A DNA stretch of 64,000 bases, from contig JAFYRW010000031.1 in the NCBI GenBank assembly GCA_017546785.1, positions 3,151-67,150 on the forward strand, written 5' to 3'. The stretch's first letter is position 1; each line of letters opens with the position of its first letter. Source of the DNA: Bacteroidaceae bacterium (GTDB taxonomy: Bacteria > Bacteroidota > Bacteroidia > Bacteroidales > Bacteroidaceae). Below the pieces are notes generated by a model that ran no database searches, was not told the DNA's origin, and was given only the letters and a program-made list of their open reading frames with translations. Shown here piece by piece: positions 7,830-16,971 of this stretch. A program made the position numbers and the translations under genes.

Positions 7830-7856
7830 TTATTGTTTGCTCGTAGAGACGCTCTA

Positions 7857-8177
7857 TTACTCTTCGTCTATAACACCGTTGTATGCAAGCTCTCCCTCAA
7901 CAATGAAGAAAAGCTCCTCGGCGTCGTAATTGCCAATATTGTTTTTCTTGGCCTCTTTTACTATGAACTCAGCAATCTTGTTTATATCAATGTCGATATA
8001 ATCGTCGTTGCTGTCAAGAATTCCGCTCTTGTCGTAATAGTCGTAGATGGTGTCGAGGAAATAGTAGAATTCATCATCGCTGAATTTCTCCTTAAGTTCC
8101 TGCGGCAATCTTTCGCGAATATATGCTATGGTCTTCTCGTCGTCGAGATCTTCCAAGCCAAACTCGTCGTTCTGCAT
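7857..8177 (-). CDS. small highly acidic hypothetical protein
   Basis: The ORF is 106 aa with 31 D/E and 10 K/R by my count. It starts 6 nt downstream of trxA on the same strand. The competing plus-strand ORF 7833-8192 is hydrophobic low-complexity. Confidence 0.6.
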   Translation of the reverse strand: MQNDEFGLEDLDDEKTIAYIRERLPQELKEKFSDDEFYYFLDTIYDYYDKSGILDSNDDYIDIDINKIAEFIVKEAKKNNIGNYDAEELFFIVEGELAYNGVIDEE

Positions 8178-8183
8178 ACTCTC

Positions 8184-8501
8184 TTATCCTAAAAGGTTCT
8201 CAAATTTAGCCTGAATGTCTGCTTTAGACTTTGAGCCTACAAATTTGTCTACAACCTCTCCATTTTTAATGAAGATTACGGTAGGAATGTTGCGGATACC
8301 ATACTCGTTGGTGAGGTCATCGGCCTCCTCAATGTCGCATTTACCTACGGCAATACGTCCCTCGTACTCATTTGCAAGTTCGTCGATGATGGGAGCCAAC
8401 TGCTTGCAGGGACCGCACCAAGTAGCGCTAAAATCGAGAACAATGGGAAGCTCAGTTGCGAAAAACTCTTTTGAGTTGCTGTCTGTTACATTAAATGCCA
8501 T
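8184..8501 (-). CDS. trxA: thioredoxin
   Basis: The ORF is 105 aa with a WCGPC active site and thioredoxin-length fold. Confidence 0.92.
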   Translation of the reverse strand: MAFNVTDSNSKEFFATELPIVLDFSATWCGPCKQLAPIIDELANEYEGRIAVGKCDIEEADDLTNEYGIRNIPTVIFIKNGEVVDKFVGSKSKADIQAKFENLLG

Positions 8502-8521
8502 AATCTTAAATTTTTAAGTTA

Positions 8522-11500
8522 TTAGTTAAGTTTATATTCAATATTATCTAACGATTTTATATAGTCAATAAGTTCTTGCTCAATAGTGATATTTGTGTTT
8601 TTTGATATTAGCTCCAACGAAAATTGATGCTCCGAATCTTTTATCTGGAACTGCAGCTTGCTGTTTCCCGGATGCGTGTCGATATATTCTGTAAGATTGT
8701 CGTATATCTCCTGAGTAAGATTCATTACATCGAAACTTATTGTCAGACTCTTTACTATCTTCTCCTTGACGTCGGGCAAAAGTTCAATGCTGTTTACAAC
8801 AAACGACAGTTTGTTGGGGTCCCAGCGAAGCGGCTGGCAACTGCCTGTGATATACAGGAAAGTTCCCTGAGTGAAATAGAACTGTTTTTTTATCCATTCG
8901 TCACCAAAGAATGGGAATTCTGCTGTTCCGGTAAAGTCCTCAATCTTTACAACGCCGTAAGGCTTGCCGGTTTTTGTCTGTCCTACACGCGGAGGCTCGC
9001 TTACGATGCCACCAAACGTTACCTTGCGATTCTTGATATTTTCAATGTCGGCAAACTCCTCGGCTTTTGTGTTGCAGAATTCGTTGAGAATCAAAGAATA
9101 CTCGTCGAGTGGGTGAGCCGACAGATATATTCCCACAAGGTCTCTCTCCTTGTTCAGACGCTCCAGCGTGCTCCATTTTCCACCCTCGGGAACCTCGGGG
9201 TGTGGAATCTCGGCCATATCTTGCTCTCCGAACAATGAGTTTTGAGACATATTCTTGTCTATCTGGAAGCGGTTGCCATATTTCACAATCGATTCAAGGA
9301 ACTGCTCGCCTTTGCTGTTGCTGCTCATATATTGCTCACGCTCTATTCCGCCAGGAAGTTCATCGAACGCTCCCGACAGTGCGAGGCATTCAAGGTTCTT
9401 GCGGTTGCAGGCTGTGAGGTTCACTCTCTCTACAAAGTCGAATATGCTTGTGAATGGTCCGTTTGCTTCGCGTTCTTCAATGATGCTCTGTACGGCATTC
9501 TCTCCTACGCCTTTTACTGCGCAGAGACCGAAGCGAATATCGCCGTGCTTGTTTACACTGAATTTGCGGCGCGATTCGTTTACGTCGGGTCCCAACACCT
9601 TGATGCCCATACTTGTACACTCCTGCATAAGCTTGGTAATTTCGGTGATATTCGAAAGGTTGCGGCTCAGCGCACCTGCCATATACTGCGATGGGTAGTG
9701 AGCCTTAAGGTAGGCTGTCTGATAGGCTACCCACGAATAGCACGTTGCGTGAGACTTATTGAACGCATAAGAGGCAAATTTTTCCCAGTCGGCCCAAATT
9801 TTCTCCAGCGTCTCGGCGGGGTGTCCGTTGCTCTTGCCACCCTCGATGAATTTAGGCTTTAACTGGTCGAGCTTGTCCTTGAGCTTCTTACCCATAGCCT
9901 TACGCAGCGTATCACTCTCGCCTCGTGTAAAGTTGGCCAACAGACGCGACAGCAACATCACCTGCTCCTGATATACGGTAATACCATAGGTGTCCTTAAG
10001 GTATTTCTCCATACAGGGAAGGTCGTATTTTACAAGCTCGGGGTTGTGCTTACGCTGTATAAAGTCGGGGATATAATCCATTGGGCCAGGACGATAGAGG
10101 GCATTCATCGCAATAAGGTCCTCGAATGTGCTCGGCTGTAGTTCGCGCAGGTGCTTCTGCATTCCCGGCGACTCGAATTGGAATGTTCCAATGGTGCTTC
10201 CCTTGCAGTAAAGGTCATAGGTAAGCTGGTCGTCGATGGGAATATTGTCAATGTCAATATCAACACCTACACTCTGTTTAATATTTATTATTGCCTCGTT
10301 AATGATGGAGAGGGTCTTAAGACCCAAAAAGTCCATCTTTATAAGGCCTGTCTCTTCGATGACGCTTCCCTCGTATTGTGTTACGAGCATCTTTTCGCCG
10401 GTGGTCTTATCCTCGGCAATGCTGATAGGTACGTGGTCGGTAATGTCGTCGCGGCAGATGATTGTTCCGCAGGCGTGTACGCCGGTGTTGCGTACGTTGC
10501 CCTCGAGCATCTTCGCATATTTTATCGTGTCGCGCAGCACAGGGTTGGGCGATGCTTCTGCTTCGCGTAGCTCGGGAACGGCTGCAATGGCATTGGGAAG
10601 ATTCATCTTCTTGCCGTCGGGCAGGCGGTCGGGAATTGCCTTACATAGTCTGTTCGACTCGTCGAGAGGCAGTTTCTGTACGCGCGCAACGTCCTTGATG
10701 GCCAATTTTGTAGCCATCGTACCATAGGTAATAATGTGGGCAACCTTCTCTTGTCCATACTTTTCGGTAACCCATTTAAGAACCTCGCCGCGACCGTCAT
10801 CGTCAAAATCGACGTCAATATCGGGGAGAGATATACGGTCGGGGTTAAGGAAACGCTCAAATAGAAGGTCGTACTTTATGGGGTCTACACGGGTGATTTT
10901 CAAGCAGTAGGCAACTACACTGCCGGCGGCGGAACCACGACCCGGGCCTACGGCAACCCCTAACTCCTCGCGTGCGGCGCGTATAAAGTCCTGCACAATA
11001 AGGAAGTATCCGGGGAATCCCATTGTCTTCATAATGTGAAGCTCAAAGTCTATGCGGTCTATAAGCTCTTGCGAGAAGGGCTCCGGATAGCATTTCTTTG
11101 CTCCGTCGTATGTAAGTTTGCGAAGATAGTCTCCCTCTAATTTTATACGGTATAGTTTTTCGTAGCCTCCAAGCTTCTTTATCTTCTTTTCTCCCTCCTC
11201 GCGCGACATTACCACATTACCTTTTTCGTCGCAGGTAAATTCGTTGAAAAGGTCCTCGTGCGAGAATTTCTGTCTGTAAAGCTCTTCGGTTCCAAACTCC
11301 TCGGGAATTGCAAAGGTGGGCATAATGGGCGCGCTGTCGATGCTGTAGTACTCTACGCTGTCGCATATATCTACAGTATTTGTCAGTGCCTCGGGAACGT
11401 AGCCGAATAGCTCATTCATTTCGGCCTTTGTCTTTAGCCACTCCTGCTTTGAGTAGAGCATACGCTTGGGATCGTCGAGGTCCTTACCGGTGCTTAGGCA

Positions 11501-12217
11501 TATAAGGCGATCGTGCGCCTCGGCATTCTCCTCATCTACAAAGTGAACGTCGTTTGTGCACACTAATTTTACTCCGCATTTTTTGCTTAGCTCTATAATG
11601 TGCTTGTTTACATTCTCCTGAATCTCGTGAACCTCGTGATTGGCTCTCTCCACTGTTGCCTTGTGCAGCTGCAGCTCAAGATAGTAGTCGTCGCCAAAGA
11701 TGCTTTTGTACCAATTGACAGTATCCTCGGCAGCCTGTAGCTCACCTTTTATTATAAGCTGTGGAATCTCTCCTCCCAGACAGGCCGAACAACATACTAG
11801 TCCCTCTTTGTATTTGCTTAGCTCCTCCTTGTCGGTACGGGGGGTATAGTAGTAACCCTCGGACCAGGCTTTTGATACAATCTTGATAAGGTTGTGATAG
11901 CCCTTTTCGTTCTTTGCCAGCAGAATAAGGTGGTGTCCGCGGACATCCTCCTTCTGGTCGCGGTTGAACAGGCGTCTTTCAGCTACATAAACCTCACAAC
12001 CGATTATAGGCTTGAACTTTTCTTCGTCGCTCTTGCCTTTGTTCACCTTGTTCACATAATTGTAGAACTCCTTTATTGCCATCATATTTCCGTGGTCGGT
12101 GATGGCAATACCACGCATTCCATCTTCTATAGCCTTGTCTACCAATCGTTTGACTGATGCTTGGCCATCGAGAATGGAGTATTGTGTGTGTACGTGTAAG
12201 TGAACAAAATCGTGCAT
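8522..12217 (-). CDS. dnaE: DNA polymerase III alpha subunit
   Basis: The ORF is 1231 aa. It has an N-terminal PHP motif (HLHVHTQYSILDG), polymerase core blocks and a C-terminal OB-fold region. Confidence 0.97.
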   Translation of the reverse strand: MHDFVHLHVHTQYSILDGQASVKRLVDKAIEDGMRGIAITDHGNMMAIKEFYNYVNKVNKGKSDEEKFKPIIGCEVYVAERRLFNRDQKEDVRGHHLILLAKNEKGYHNLIKIVSKAWSEGYYYTPRTDKEELSKYKEGLVCCSACLGGEIPQLIIKGELQAAEDTVNWYKSIFGDDYYLELQLHKATVERANHEVHEIQENVNKHIIELSKKCGVKLVCTNDVHFVDEENAEAHDRLICLSTGKDLDDPKRMLYSKQEWLKTKAEMNELFGYVPEALTNTVDICDSVEYYSIDSAPIMPTFAIPEEFGTEELYRQKFSHEDLFNEFTCDEKGNVVMSREEGEKKIKKLGGYEKLYRIKLEGDYLRKLTYDGAKKCYPEPFSQELIDRIDFELHIMKTMGFPGYFLIVQDFIRAAREELGVAVGPGRGSAAGSVVAYCLKITRVDPIKYDLLFERFLNPDRISLPDIDVDFDDDGRGEVLKWVTEKYGQEKVAHIITYGTMATKLAIKDVARVQKLPLDESNRLCKAIPDRLPDGKKMNLPNAIAAVPELREAEASPNPVLRDTIKYAKMLEGNVRNTGVHACGTIICRDDITDHVPISIAEDKTTGEKMLVTQYEGSVIEETGLIKMDFLGLKTLSIINEAIINIKQSVGVDIDIDNIPIDDQLTYDLYCKGSTIGTFQFESPGMQKHLRELQPSTFEDLIAMNALYRPGPMDYIPDFIQRKHNPELVKYDLPCMEKYLKDTYGITVYQEQVMLLSRLLANFTRGESDTLRKAMGKKLKDKLDQLKPKFIEGGKSNGHPAETLEKIWADWEKFASYAFNKSHATCYSWVAYQTAYLKAHYPSQYMAGALSRNLSNITEITKLMQECTSMGIKVLGPDVNESRRKFSVNKHGDIRFGLCAVKGVGENAVQSIIEEREANGPFTSIFDFVERVNLTACNRKNLECLALSGAFDELPGGIEREQYMSSNSKGEQFLESIVKYGNRFQIDKNMSQNSLFGEQDMAEIPHPEVPEGGKWSTLERLNKERDLVGIYLSAHPLDEYSLILNEFCNTKAEEFADIENIKNRKVTFGGIVSEPPRVGQTKTGKPYGVVKIEDFTGTAEFPFFGDEWIKKQFYFTQGTFLYITGSCQPLRWDPNKLSFVVNSIELLPDVKEKIVKSLTISFDVMNLTQEIYDNLTEYIDTHPGNSKLQFQIKDSEHQFSLELISKNTNITIEQELIDYIKSLDNIEYKLN

Positions 12218-12433
12218 AGTCGGTTATTGCATTGATTGCGTTCATAAAGATAGTAGCTTTGCGCCATATGACATAATTGTTTTAGGAAAAAGTTTTCAAC
12301 AATTTATAAATAGGTGCGATGCGATGTTTTTTTGTTCTTTTGTAAATGTTTGAAAAATAGCTCATTCTCGATTATTTGATTACTGTGCGTGTGCTTTTTG
12401 TTTTATTTTGTTTGGGATTTAATAAATTGTAAC

Positions 12434-12441
12434 TATTTTTG
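12434..12441 (+). promoter_or_regulatory. Bacteroides-type -7 box TATTTTTG (psd)
   Basis: This matches the TAnnTTTG consensus 33 nt upstream of the psd ATG. Confidence 0.4.
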
Positions 12442-12473
12442 TGGGTAGGTTATATTTCTTTAATCAGGATGCG

Positions 12474-13175
12474 ATGAAAAATATTAAGAAGATTAAGAAA
12501 CTTAAAAAGCTGAAAAAAATACGTATACATAGAGAGGGCACAGAGATTCTGTTGGTCTCTTTGTTCCTTTTTCTGTTAATTAACGGGGTATCTTGGTCTT
12601 TTTTGCCCTGCTTCCTGTTCAATGTCCTTCTTTCTGTGGTAAGCGTTGTTGTCTATCTTCTGATGGTCAATTTCTTCCGCAGTCCCAAAAGAGTCTTCGA
12701 GGGTGACGAGGAGGGTGTAGTAGTAGCTCCTGCCGATGGAAAGGTGGTTGTAATTGAAAAGGTTTATGAGCCCGACCACTTTAAGGACGAAAGAATTCTG
12801 CTCTCTATATTTATGAGCCCTATGAATGTTCACGCCAATTGGTATCCTGTAGAGGGTGTCGTTACACGCGTGGAGCATCAGAAAGGAAAGTTCCACAAGG
12901 CTTGGTTGCCTAAGGCAAGCACCGAGAATGAGCGCTCGCTTGTTGTTATTAGAATGGAGGATGGCAGAGAGATTCTTATGCGTCAGATAGCCGGTGCTAT
13001 GGCGCGAAGAATCGTTACATACTCTGAGGTTGGCGAGGAGTGCTTTATCGACCAGCATATGGGATTCATTAAATTTGGTTCGCGTGTCGATGTTTATCTG
13101 CCTCTCGATGCACAGATTCTTGTGTCGCTCGACCAAAAGACTGTCGGTAACGAGACTGTAATTGCAAAATTCTAA
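12474..13175 (+). CDS. psd: phosphatidylserine decarboxylase proenzyme
   Basis: The Psd family pattern is present with the FGSRVD self-cleavage motif near the C-terminus. I prefer the ATG at 12474 over the GTG at 12441. Confidence 0.9.
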   Translation: MKNIKKIKKLKKLKKIRIHREGTEILLVSLFLFLLINGVSWSFLPCFLFNVLLSVVSVVVYLLMVNFFRSPKRVFEGDEEGVVVAPADGKVVVIEKVYEPDHFKDERILLSIFMSPMNVHANWYPVEGVVTRVEHQKGKFHKAWLPKASTENERSLVVIRMEDGREILMRQIAGAMARRIVTYSEVGEECFIDQHMGFIKFGSRVDVYLPLDAQILVSLDQKTVGNETVIAKF

Positions 13176-13185
13176 AAAACTGCCT

Positions 13186-13890
13186 ATGGCTTCGATAAAG
13201 AAACATATTCCGAATGCAATAACTTGCGGTAATCTCTTTTCGGGTTGTGTTGCTGTGACAATGGCCTTTTGCGGAGAGTTCAAGTTGGCCTTGTTGTTCA
13301 TAGTAATCGGTGCTGTTTTTGATTTTTTCGATGGCCTTGTTGCCCGAATCCTGGGCGTAAGTTCTCCAATGGGCGTTGAAATGGACTCTCTTGCCGATGA
13401 TGTAACCTTTGGCTTTGCTCCTGCAGCGGTGGTCTTTGTGTATATGAGAGGTCTCAGTTATCCCTCTTTTTTGGATGGCGTTGCGGAATATATACCTTAC
13501 CTTGCGTTCCTTATAGCTGTATTTTCGGCATTGCGTCTGGCAAAGTTCAATATTGACAAACGACAGACATCATCGTTTATAGGATTGCCTACCCCGGCTA
13601 ATGCTCTCTTCTGGGTTTCATTGGTTGGAGGCTGCGGCTCTTGGATTCAGGAGAATCTCTACTATGCGTGGCTGTTGATTATAGGACTTATATTCCTCTT
13701 CTCCTATCTTCTTGTGGCAGAAATACCGATGTTCTCGCTTAAGTTCAAGCGCTTGGCGTGGAGAGCAAATAAAATACGTTATATCTTCTTGCTCTCAATA
13801 TTGCCAATGTTTGTATTGGGCCTCTCTTCGGCGGTGCTCATAATATCTTGGTATGTCATTCTGTCTGTGATTCGCTCGCTCCGTCGATAA
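13186..13890 (+). CDS. pssA: CDP-diacylglycerol--serine O-phosphatidyltransferase
   Basis: The full CDP-alcohol phosphatidyltransferase motif DG-x2-AR-x8-G-x3-D-x3-D is present (DGLVARILGVSSPMGVEMDSLAD). The protein is multi-TM. The ATG at 13186 avoids overlap with psd. Confidence 0.87.
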   Translation: MASIKKHIPNAITCGNLFSGCVAVTMAFCGEFKLALLFIVIGAVFDFFDGLVARILGVSSPMGVEMDSLADDVTFGFAPAAVVFVYMRGLSYPSFLDGVAEYIPYLAFLIAVFSALRLAKFNIDKRQTSSFIGLPTPANALFWVSLVGGCGSWIQENLYYAWLLIIGLIFLFSYLLVAEIPMFSLKFKRLAWRANKIRYIFLLSILPMFVLGLSSAVLIISWYVILSVIRSLRR

Positions 13891-13973
13891 AGTCGGAATT
13901 TTTGTCCTGTTTCTTCTTGCTTGGTAAGCAAGGCATACCTTTTGTTTGTTTACAGATAAAAGAGTAACTGAAT

Positions 13974-14237
13974 ATGTTTAATCTAATTTTATTTATAGGT
14001 TTTATAATATTGGCCGTTATAATAATGTTGCCGATATTGTTTGTTTCGTTTATCAGTTCAATTGCGCGAATCTTCCGCGTGCCTAAAAAGAGTAGAAACA
14101 GGAACGAAAGGCCTGTCGAGGATAATAGCACAATGTGGCAGGATTCTGAAATTTCGCAGCCTAAAACAAAAAATAAAAAGATATTCGATAAGGACGAGGG
14201 CGAGTATGTCTCTTTCAAAGAGGTTGATGAGAAGTAG
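13974..14237 (+). CDS. small membrane protein, DUF4834-like
   Basis: The ORF is 87 aa with an N-terminal TM helix, a basic/acidic tail and a GEYVSFKEV motif. A terminator follows. Confidence 0.5.
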   Translation: MFNLILFIGFIILAVIIMLPILFVSFISSIARIFRVPKKSRNRNERPVEDNSTMWQDSEISQPKTKNKKIFDKDEGEYVSFKEVDEK

Positions 14238-14252
14238 TCGTCGTTGCTACAT

Positions 14253-14291
14253 ATAATAAATGCTGCAACCGTTGGCTGCAGCATTTATTAT
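14253..14291. terminator. bidirectional rho-independent terminator
   Basis: A 15-bp perfect stem ataataaatgctgca/tgcagcatttattat lies between convergent genes. Confidence 0.7.
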
Positions 14292-14295
14292 ATGT

Positions 14296-14727
14296 CTATC
14301 GTTTGTTTGCAAAGAACTTTTTCATTAGAGCCGTGGACTCTTCGCTGCAAACGCCCTCGATGACCTCGGTGCGCGGGTGAAGAACATCGGGAGCGTATCT
14401 TCTATAGCCTCGTTTCTCGTCTCCGGCGCCGTAGACAAGGCGTCCCAATTGCGACCATCCTAAGGCTCCGGCGCACATAGGGCAGGGCTCCACCGTAACA
14501 TATAGTGTACACTCGTTAAGATATTTTCCTCCAATGTGGTTGGCTGCCGCTGTTATTGCCTGCATTTCGGCGTGTGCTGTAACGTCGTTCAGCGTCTCGG
14601 TCATATTGTGGCAACGTGCTATTATGCGGTTATTGCATACTACAATAGCACCAATAGGTACCTCGTCTTTGTCGTAGGCCTTTTGTGCCTCGGCAAGCGC
14701 TAGTTTCATATAGTCGTTGTCGGTCAT
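14296..14727 (-). CDS. tadA: tRNA adenosine(34) deaminase
   Basis: The CDA zinc motifs HAEMQAI and PCPMCAGA are present. The ORF is 143 aa. Confidence 0.92.
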   Translation of the reverse strand: MTDNDYMKLALAEAQKAYDKDEVPIGAIVVCNNRIIARCHNMTETLNDVTAHAEMQAITAAANHIGGKYLNECTLYVTVEPCPMCAGALGWSQLGRLVYGAGDEKRGYRRYAPDVLHPRTEVIEGVCSEESTALMKKFFANKR

Positions 14728-14734
14728 AGTGGTA

Positions 14735-14971
14735 TCAGCGTCGCATTTCGTGCTCCCCGAATAGTGTGGGGTAGTCCTCGTCTATGTTTTTGTAGATAAA
14801 GGCAAGCAGAGTCTCTCGAATCCAGTTACTTTTGTTCGTAATTCTGTACTTCTTGAGATATTCGTCAATTATTCTATTCTCTTCTTCGCTTACAAGGCTC
14901 ACTATGCGTGTGTGTCGTTTGGGTTGCGGACGCGCCATTGTTGCTTTAGGTGCAATCTTATTCTTAGCCAT
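14735..14971 (-). CDS. small hypothetical protein (possible ribbon-helix-helix)
   Basis: The ORF is 78 aa with a basic N-terminus. It ends 7 nt upstream of tadA on the same strand. Confidence 0.5.
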   Translation of the reverse strand: MAKNKIAPKATMARPQPKRHTRIVSLVSEEENRIIDEYLKKYRITNKSNWIRETLLAFIYKNIDEDYPTLFGEHEMRR

Positions 14972-15093
14972 TATAAGTTTGTTTGGAATTTATTAGACTG
15001 CAAAAATACATTTATCTTATTCGAAAAGCAAACTTTTGGTTGTCTTTTCAATGTCAATGCACTATCTTAGCACACTATAAAGAGTGTATATCA

Positions 15094-15459
15094 ATGGCCG
15101 AACATAATCTTTTGGGCAATAAGGGTGAAATGTTGGCTGCCCGCTATCTGCTTGATGCGGGCTTTGCCATTCACGAGTATAATTGGCGCAGCGGACACAA
15201 GGAGATTGACATTGTTGCACAAGAGCGCGATGTCCTTGTCTTTGTCGAGGTAAAGACCCGCTCTTCCAATGCCTTTGGCAGTGCCGAAGAGGCTGTTACT
15301 CCAGCAAAGATGCGCAATCTTATTCTTGCTGCCGATGCATATATAAAAAAGAAAGATATTGACCTAGATATTCGTTTCGACGTTGTTACAATTGTCGGGC
15401 ACGACGAAAATAGGACTATAAGCCACATTCGCGATGCTTTTTATCCCACATTAGAGTAG
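15094..15459 (+). CDS. YraN-family (UPF0102) endonuclease-like protein
   Basis: The pattern LGNKGEMLAARYL...EIDIVA...VFVEVKTR is typical of YraN. I prefer the internal ATG at 15094. Confidence 0.8.
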   Translation: MAEHNLLGNKGEMLAARYLLDAGFAIHEYNWRSGHKEIDIVAQERDVLVFVEVKTRSSNAFGSAEEAVTPAKMRNLILAADAYIKKKDIDLDIRFDVVTIVGHDENRTISHIRDAFYPTLE

Positions 15460-15462
15460 GCT

Positions 15463-15810
15463 ATGAATATAGAGGATGCACGAATATATTGTTTGAGCAA
15501 GCAGGGTGCCACCGAGGATTTTCCTTTCGACGAATGGGTGCTTGTGTTCCGCGTCGAGAATAAGATTTTTGCCTGTGTCAATCTGCAGGATATATTGTGG
15601 TTCTGTGTAAAATGTAATCCCGACCGTGCCATAGAGCTTCGCGATAAGTATCCGCAGATTACTCCCGCTTGGCATTGGAACAAGAAATATTGGAATCAAT
15701 TGGATATTGAGCAGCTTCCCGACGCGTTTGTCTGCGAACTAATAGACCACTCCTACGATGAGGTCCTTAAGAAACTGCCGCGAAAGATAAGAGAAAAGTA
15801 TGGACGATAA
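15463..15810 (+). CDS. MmcQ/YjbR-family protein
   Basis: The ORF is 115 aa. The N-terminal pattern ...YCLSKQGATEDFPFDE..LVFRV.NKIFA is typical of YjbR. Confidence 0.75.
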   Translation: MNIEDARIYCLSKQGATEDFPFDEWVLVFRVENKIFACVNLQDILWFCVKCNPDRAIELRDKYPQITPAWHWNKKYWNQLDIEQLPDAFVCELIDHSYDEVLKKLPRKIREKYGR

Positions 15811-16561
15811 TTCCCTAAGATATTATCATAAGCACCTTTTATGTGTCGATTCAACCAATAGATACATAAAGGATGAGGCTGCCAATCTTGCGCTCGAGGC
15901 TCCGGACGCGAATGCTTTTGTCGTTACAGCCGATGAGCAGACGGCCGGTCGCGGTCAGCGTGGAAACTCTTGGCAGTCGCAACGATGCGAGAATCTTCTT
16001 GTCAGCATATTGGTCAATCCATCCTTTCTTAAGGTCTCCCGACAATTTGCCTTGTCGCAGACTGTTGCATTGGCCGTAAATGCGACAATGGCCCATTTTG
16101 GAATAGAATCACTGCTTAAATGGCCCAACGATATTTATGTAGGAAAAAGAAAAATATGTGGAATATTGGTTGAATTGTCGTGGGAGAGCGATACTATTGC
16201 CGATGCCATAATAGGAATAGGAGTTAATGTCAATCAGTCTCTCTTTGGAGAAATGGACCGTATTCCCGTATCGATGAAAATGCTGTTGGGGGCAGATATT
16301 CCGATAGACAATGTGCGCGATAGGCTATTGAGTAATTTCTCCTATTATTACTCTCTGCTACAGTTGGGAAAGGAAGAACTTATCACCCGTGAATATATAG
16401 CCTCGCTGCTGGGTTACAGAAAGAAATTGCTGTATCGCGACTCCTCTGGGAGCTTTACAGCGACAATAGAGGACGTTACGCCAATGGGGCATCTGCTGTT
16501 GCGCTGCGACGATGGAGCGCTGCGTACCTATGCGTTCAAAGAGGTTGAATTATTGCTCTGA
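15800..16561 (+). CDS. birA: biotin--[acetyl-CoA-carboxylase] ligase
   Basis: The GRGQRGNSWQS biotin-binding loop and a KWPNDI block are present. There is no N-terminal HTH, so this is a group I ligase. Confidence 0.85.
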   Translation: MDDNSLRYYHKHLLCVDSTNRYIKDEAANLALEAPDANAFVVTADEQTAGRGQRGNSWQSQRCENLLVSILVNPSFLKVSRQFALSQTVALAVNATMAHFGIESLLKWPNDIYVGKRKICGILVELSWESDTIADAIIGIGVNVNQSLFGEMDRIPVSMKMLLGADIPIDNVRDRLLSNFSYYYSLLQLGKEELITREYIASLLGYRKKLLYRDSSGSFTATIEDVTPMGHLLLRCDDGALRTYAFKEVELLL

Positions 16562-16788
16562 TTCTTTTTGCTGTTGCGAACCTCCTCCTCTCTTTCGCGG
16601 CGCAGACGGCTGCGGCGTCTCAGAAGGAACCATAATAGTACAAGCGCCATATACGACACGCCTACTATACACCATTTCTCAATATCGCCCATTTCGGTAT
16701 TTCGTGGGAATAGATAAATATACATTCCTGTTGTATATACAAACAGGATGGCAACAGTAAGGTTGGGGTTCTTTATGAAGCGCATCAT
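16528..16788 (-). CDS. small two-TM hypothetical protein
   Basis: The ORF is 86 aa with two hydrophobic helices and an Arg-rich tail. Its 3' end overlaps the birA 3' end by 34 nt (convergent). Confidence 0.35.
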   Translation of the reverse strand: MMRFIKNPNLTVAILFVYTTGMYIYLFPRNTEMGDIEKWCIVGVSYMALVLLWFLLRRRSRLRREREEEVRNSKKNQSNNSTSLNA

Positions 16789-16919
16789 AGTGGTTTATGT
16801 GATTTTATTTTTCTGTCCGCAAAGGTACTAAATTATATATAAAACCTCTTCTCGATTATTACTTTTGATACAAAAGATAGTAATCTTTAACCTTTATTGC
16901 ACTATTCAGAAAATTCTCT

Positions 16920-16927
16920 TATTTTTG
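16920..16927 (+). promoter_or_regulatory. -7 box TATTTTTG (pyrH)
   Basis: This matches TAnnTTTG 45 nt upstream of the pyrH ATG. A second match, TACTTTTG, lies at 16860-16867. Confidence 0.4.
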
Positions 16928-16971
16928 CCTGAGTGTATGATTCTTGGATATTATCAATAAAAGACAAATAT

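Noticed and set aside
7833-8192. A 119-aa plus-strand ORF opposite the acidic protein gene.
   Set aside because: It would run through the terminator context and into trxA in antisense. The minus-strand ORF fits operon spacing (6 nt after trxA) and looks protein-like.
12478-12520. A repetitive AAG/AAA tract encoding [11 protein letters not shown] at the psd N-terminus.
   Set aside because: It is a short lysine-rich low-complexity run in a membrane-anchor-proximal region. It is not a tandem DNA repeat of regulatory length.
12576-13301. A 241-aa minus-strand ORF.
   Set aside because: It is antisense to psd and pssA, both of which have diagnostic motifs.
13856-14284. A 142-aa minus-strand ORF.
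   Set aside because: It overlaps the pssA 3' end and spans the terminator hairpin. The plus-strand 87-aa DUF4834-like ORF is the better explanation.
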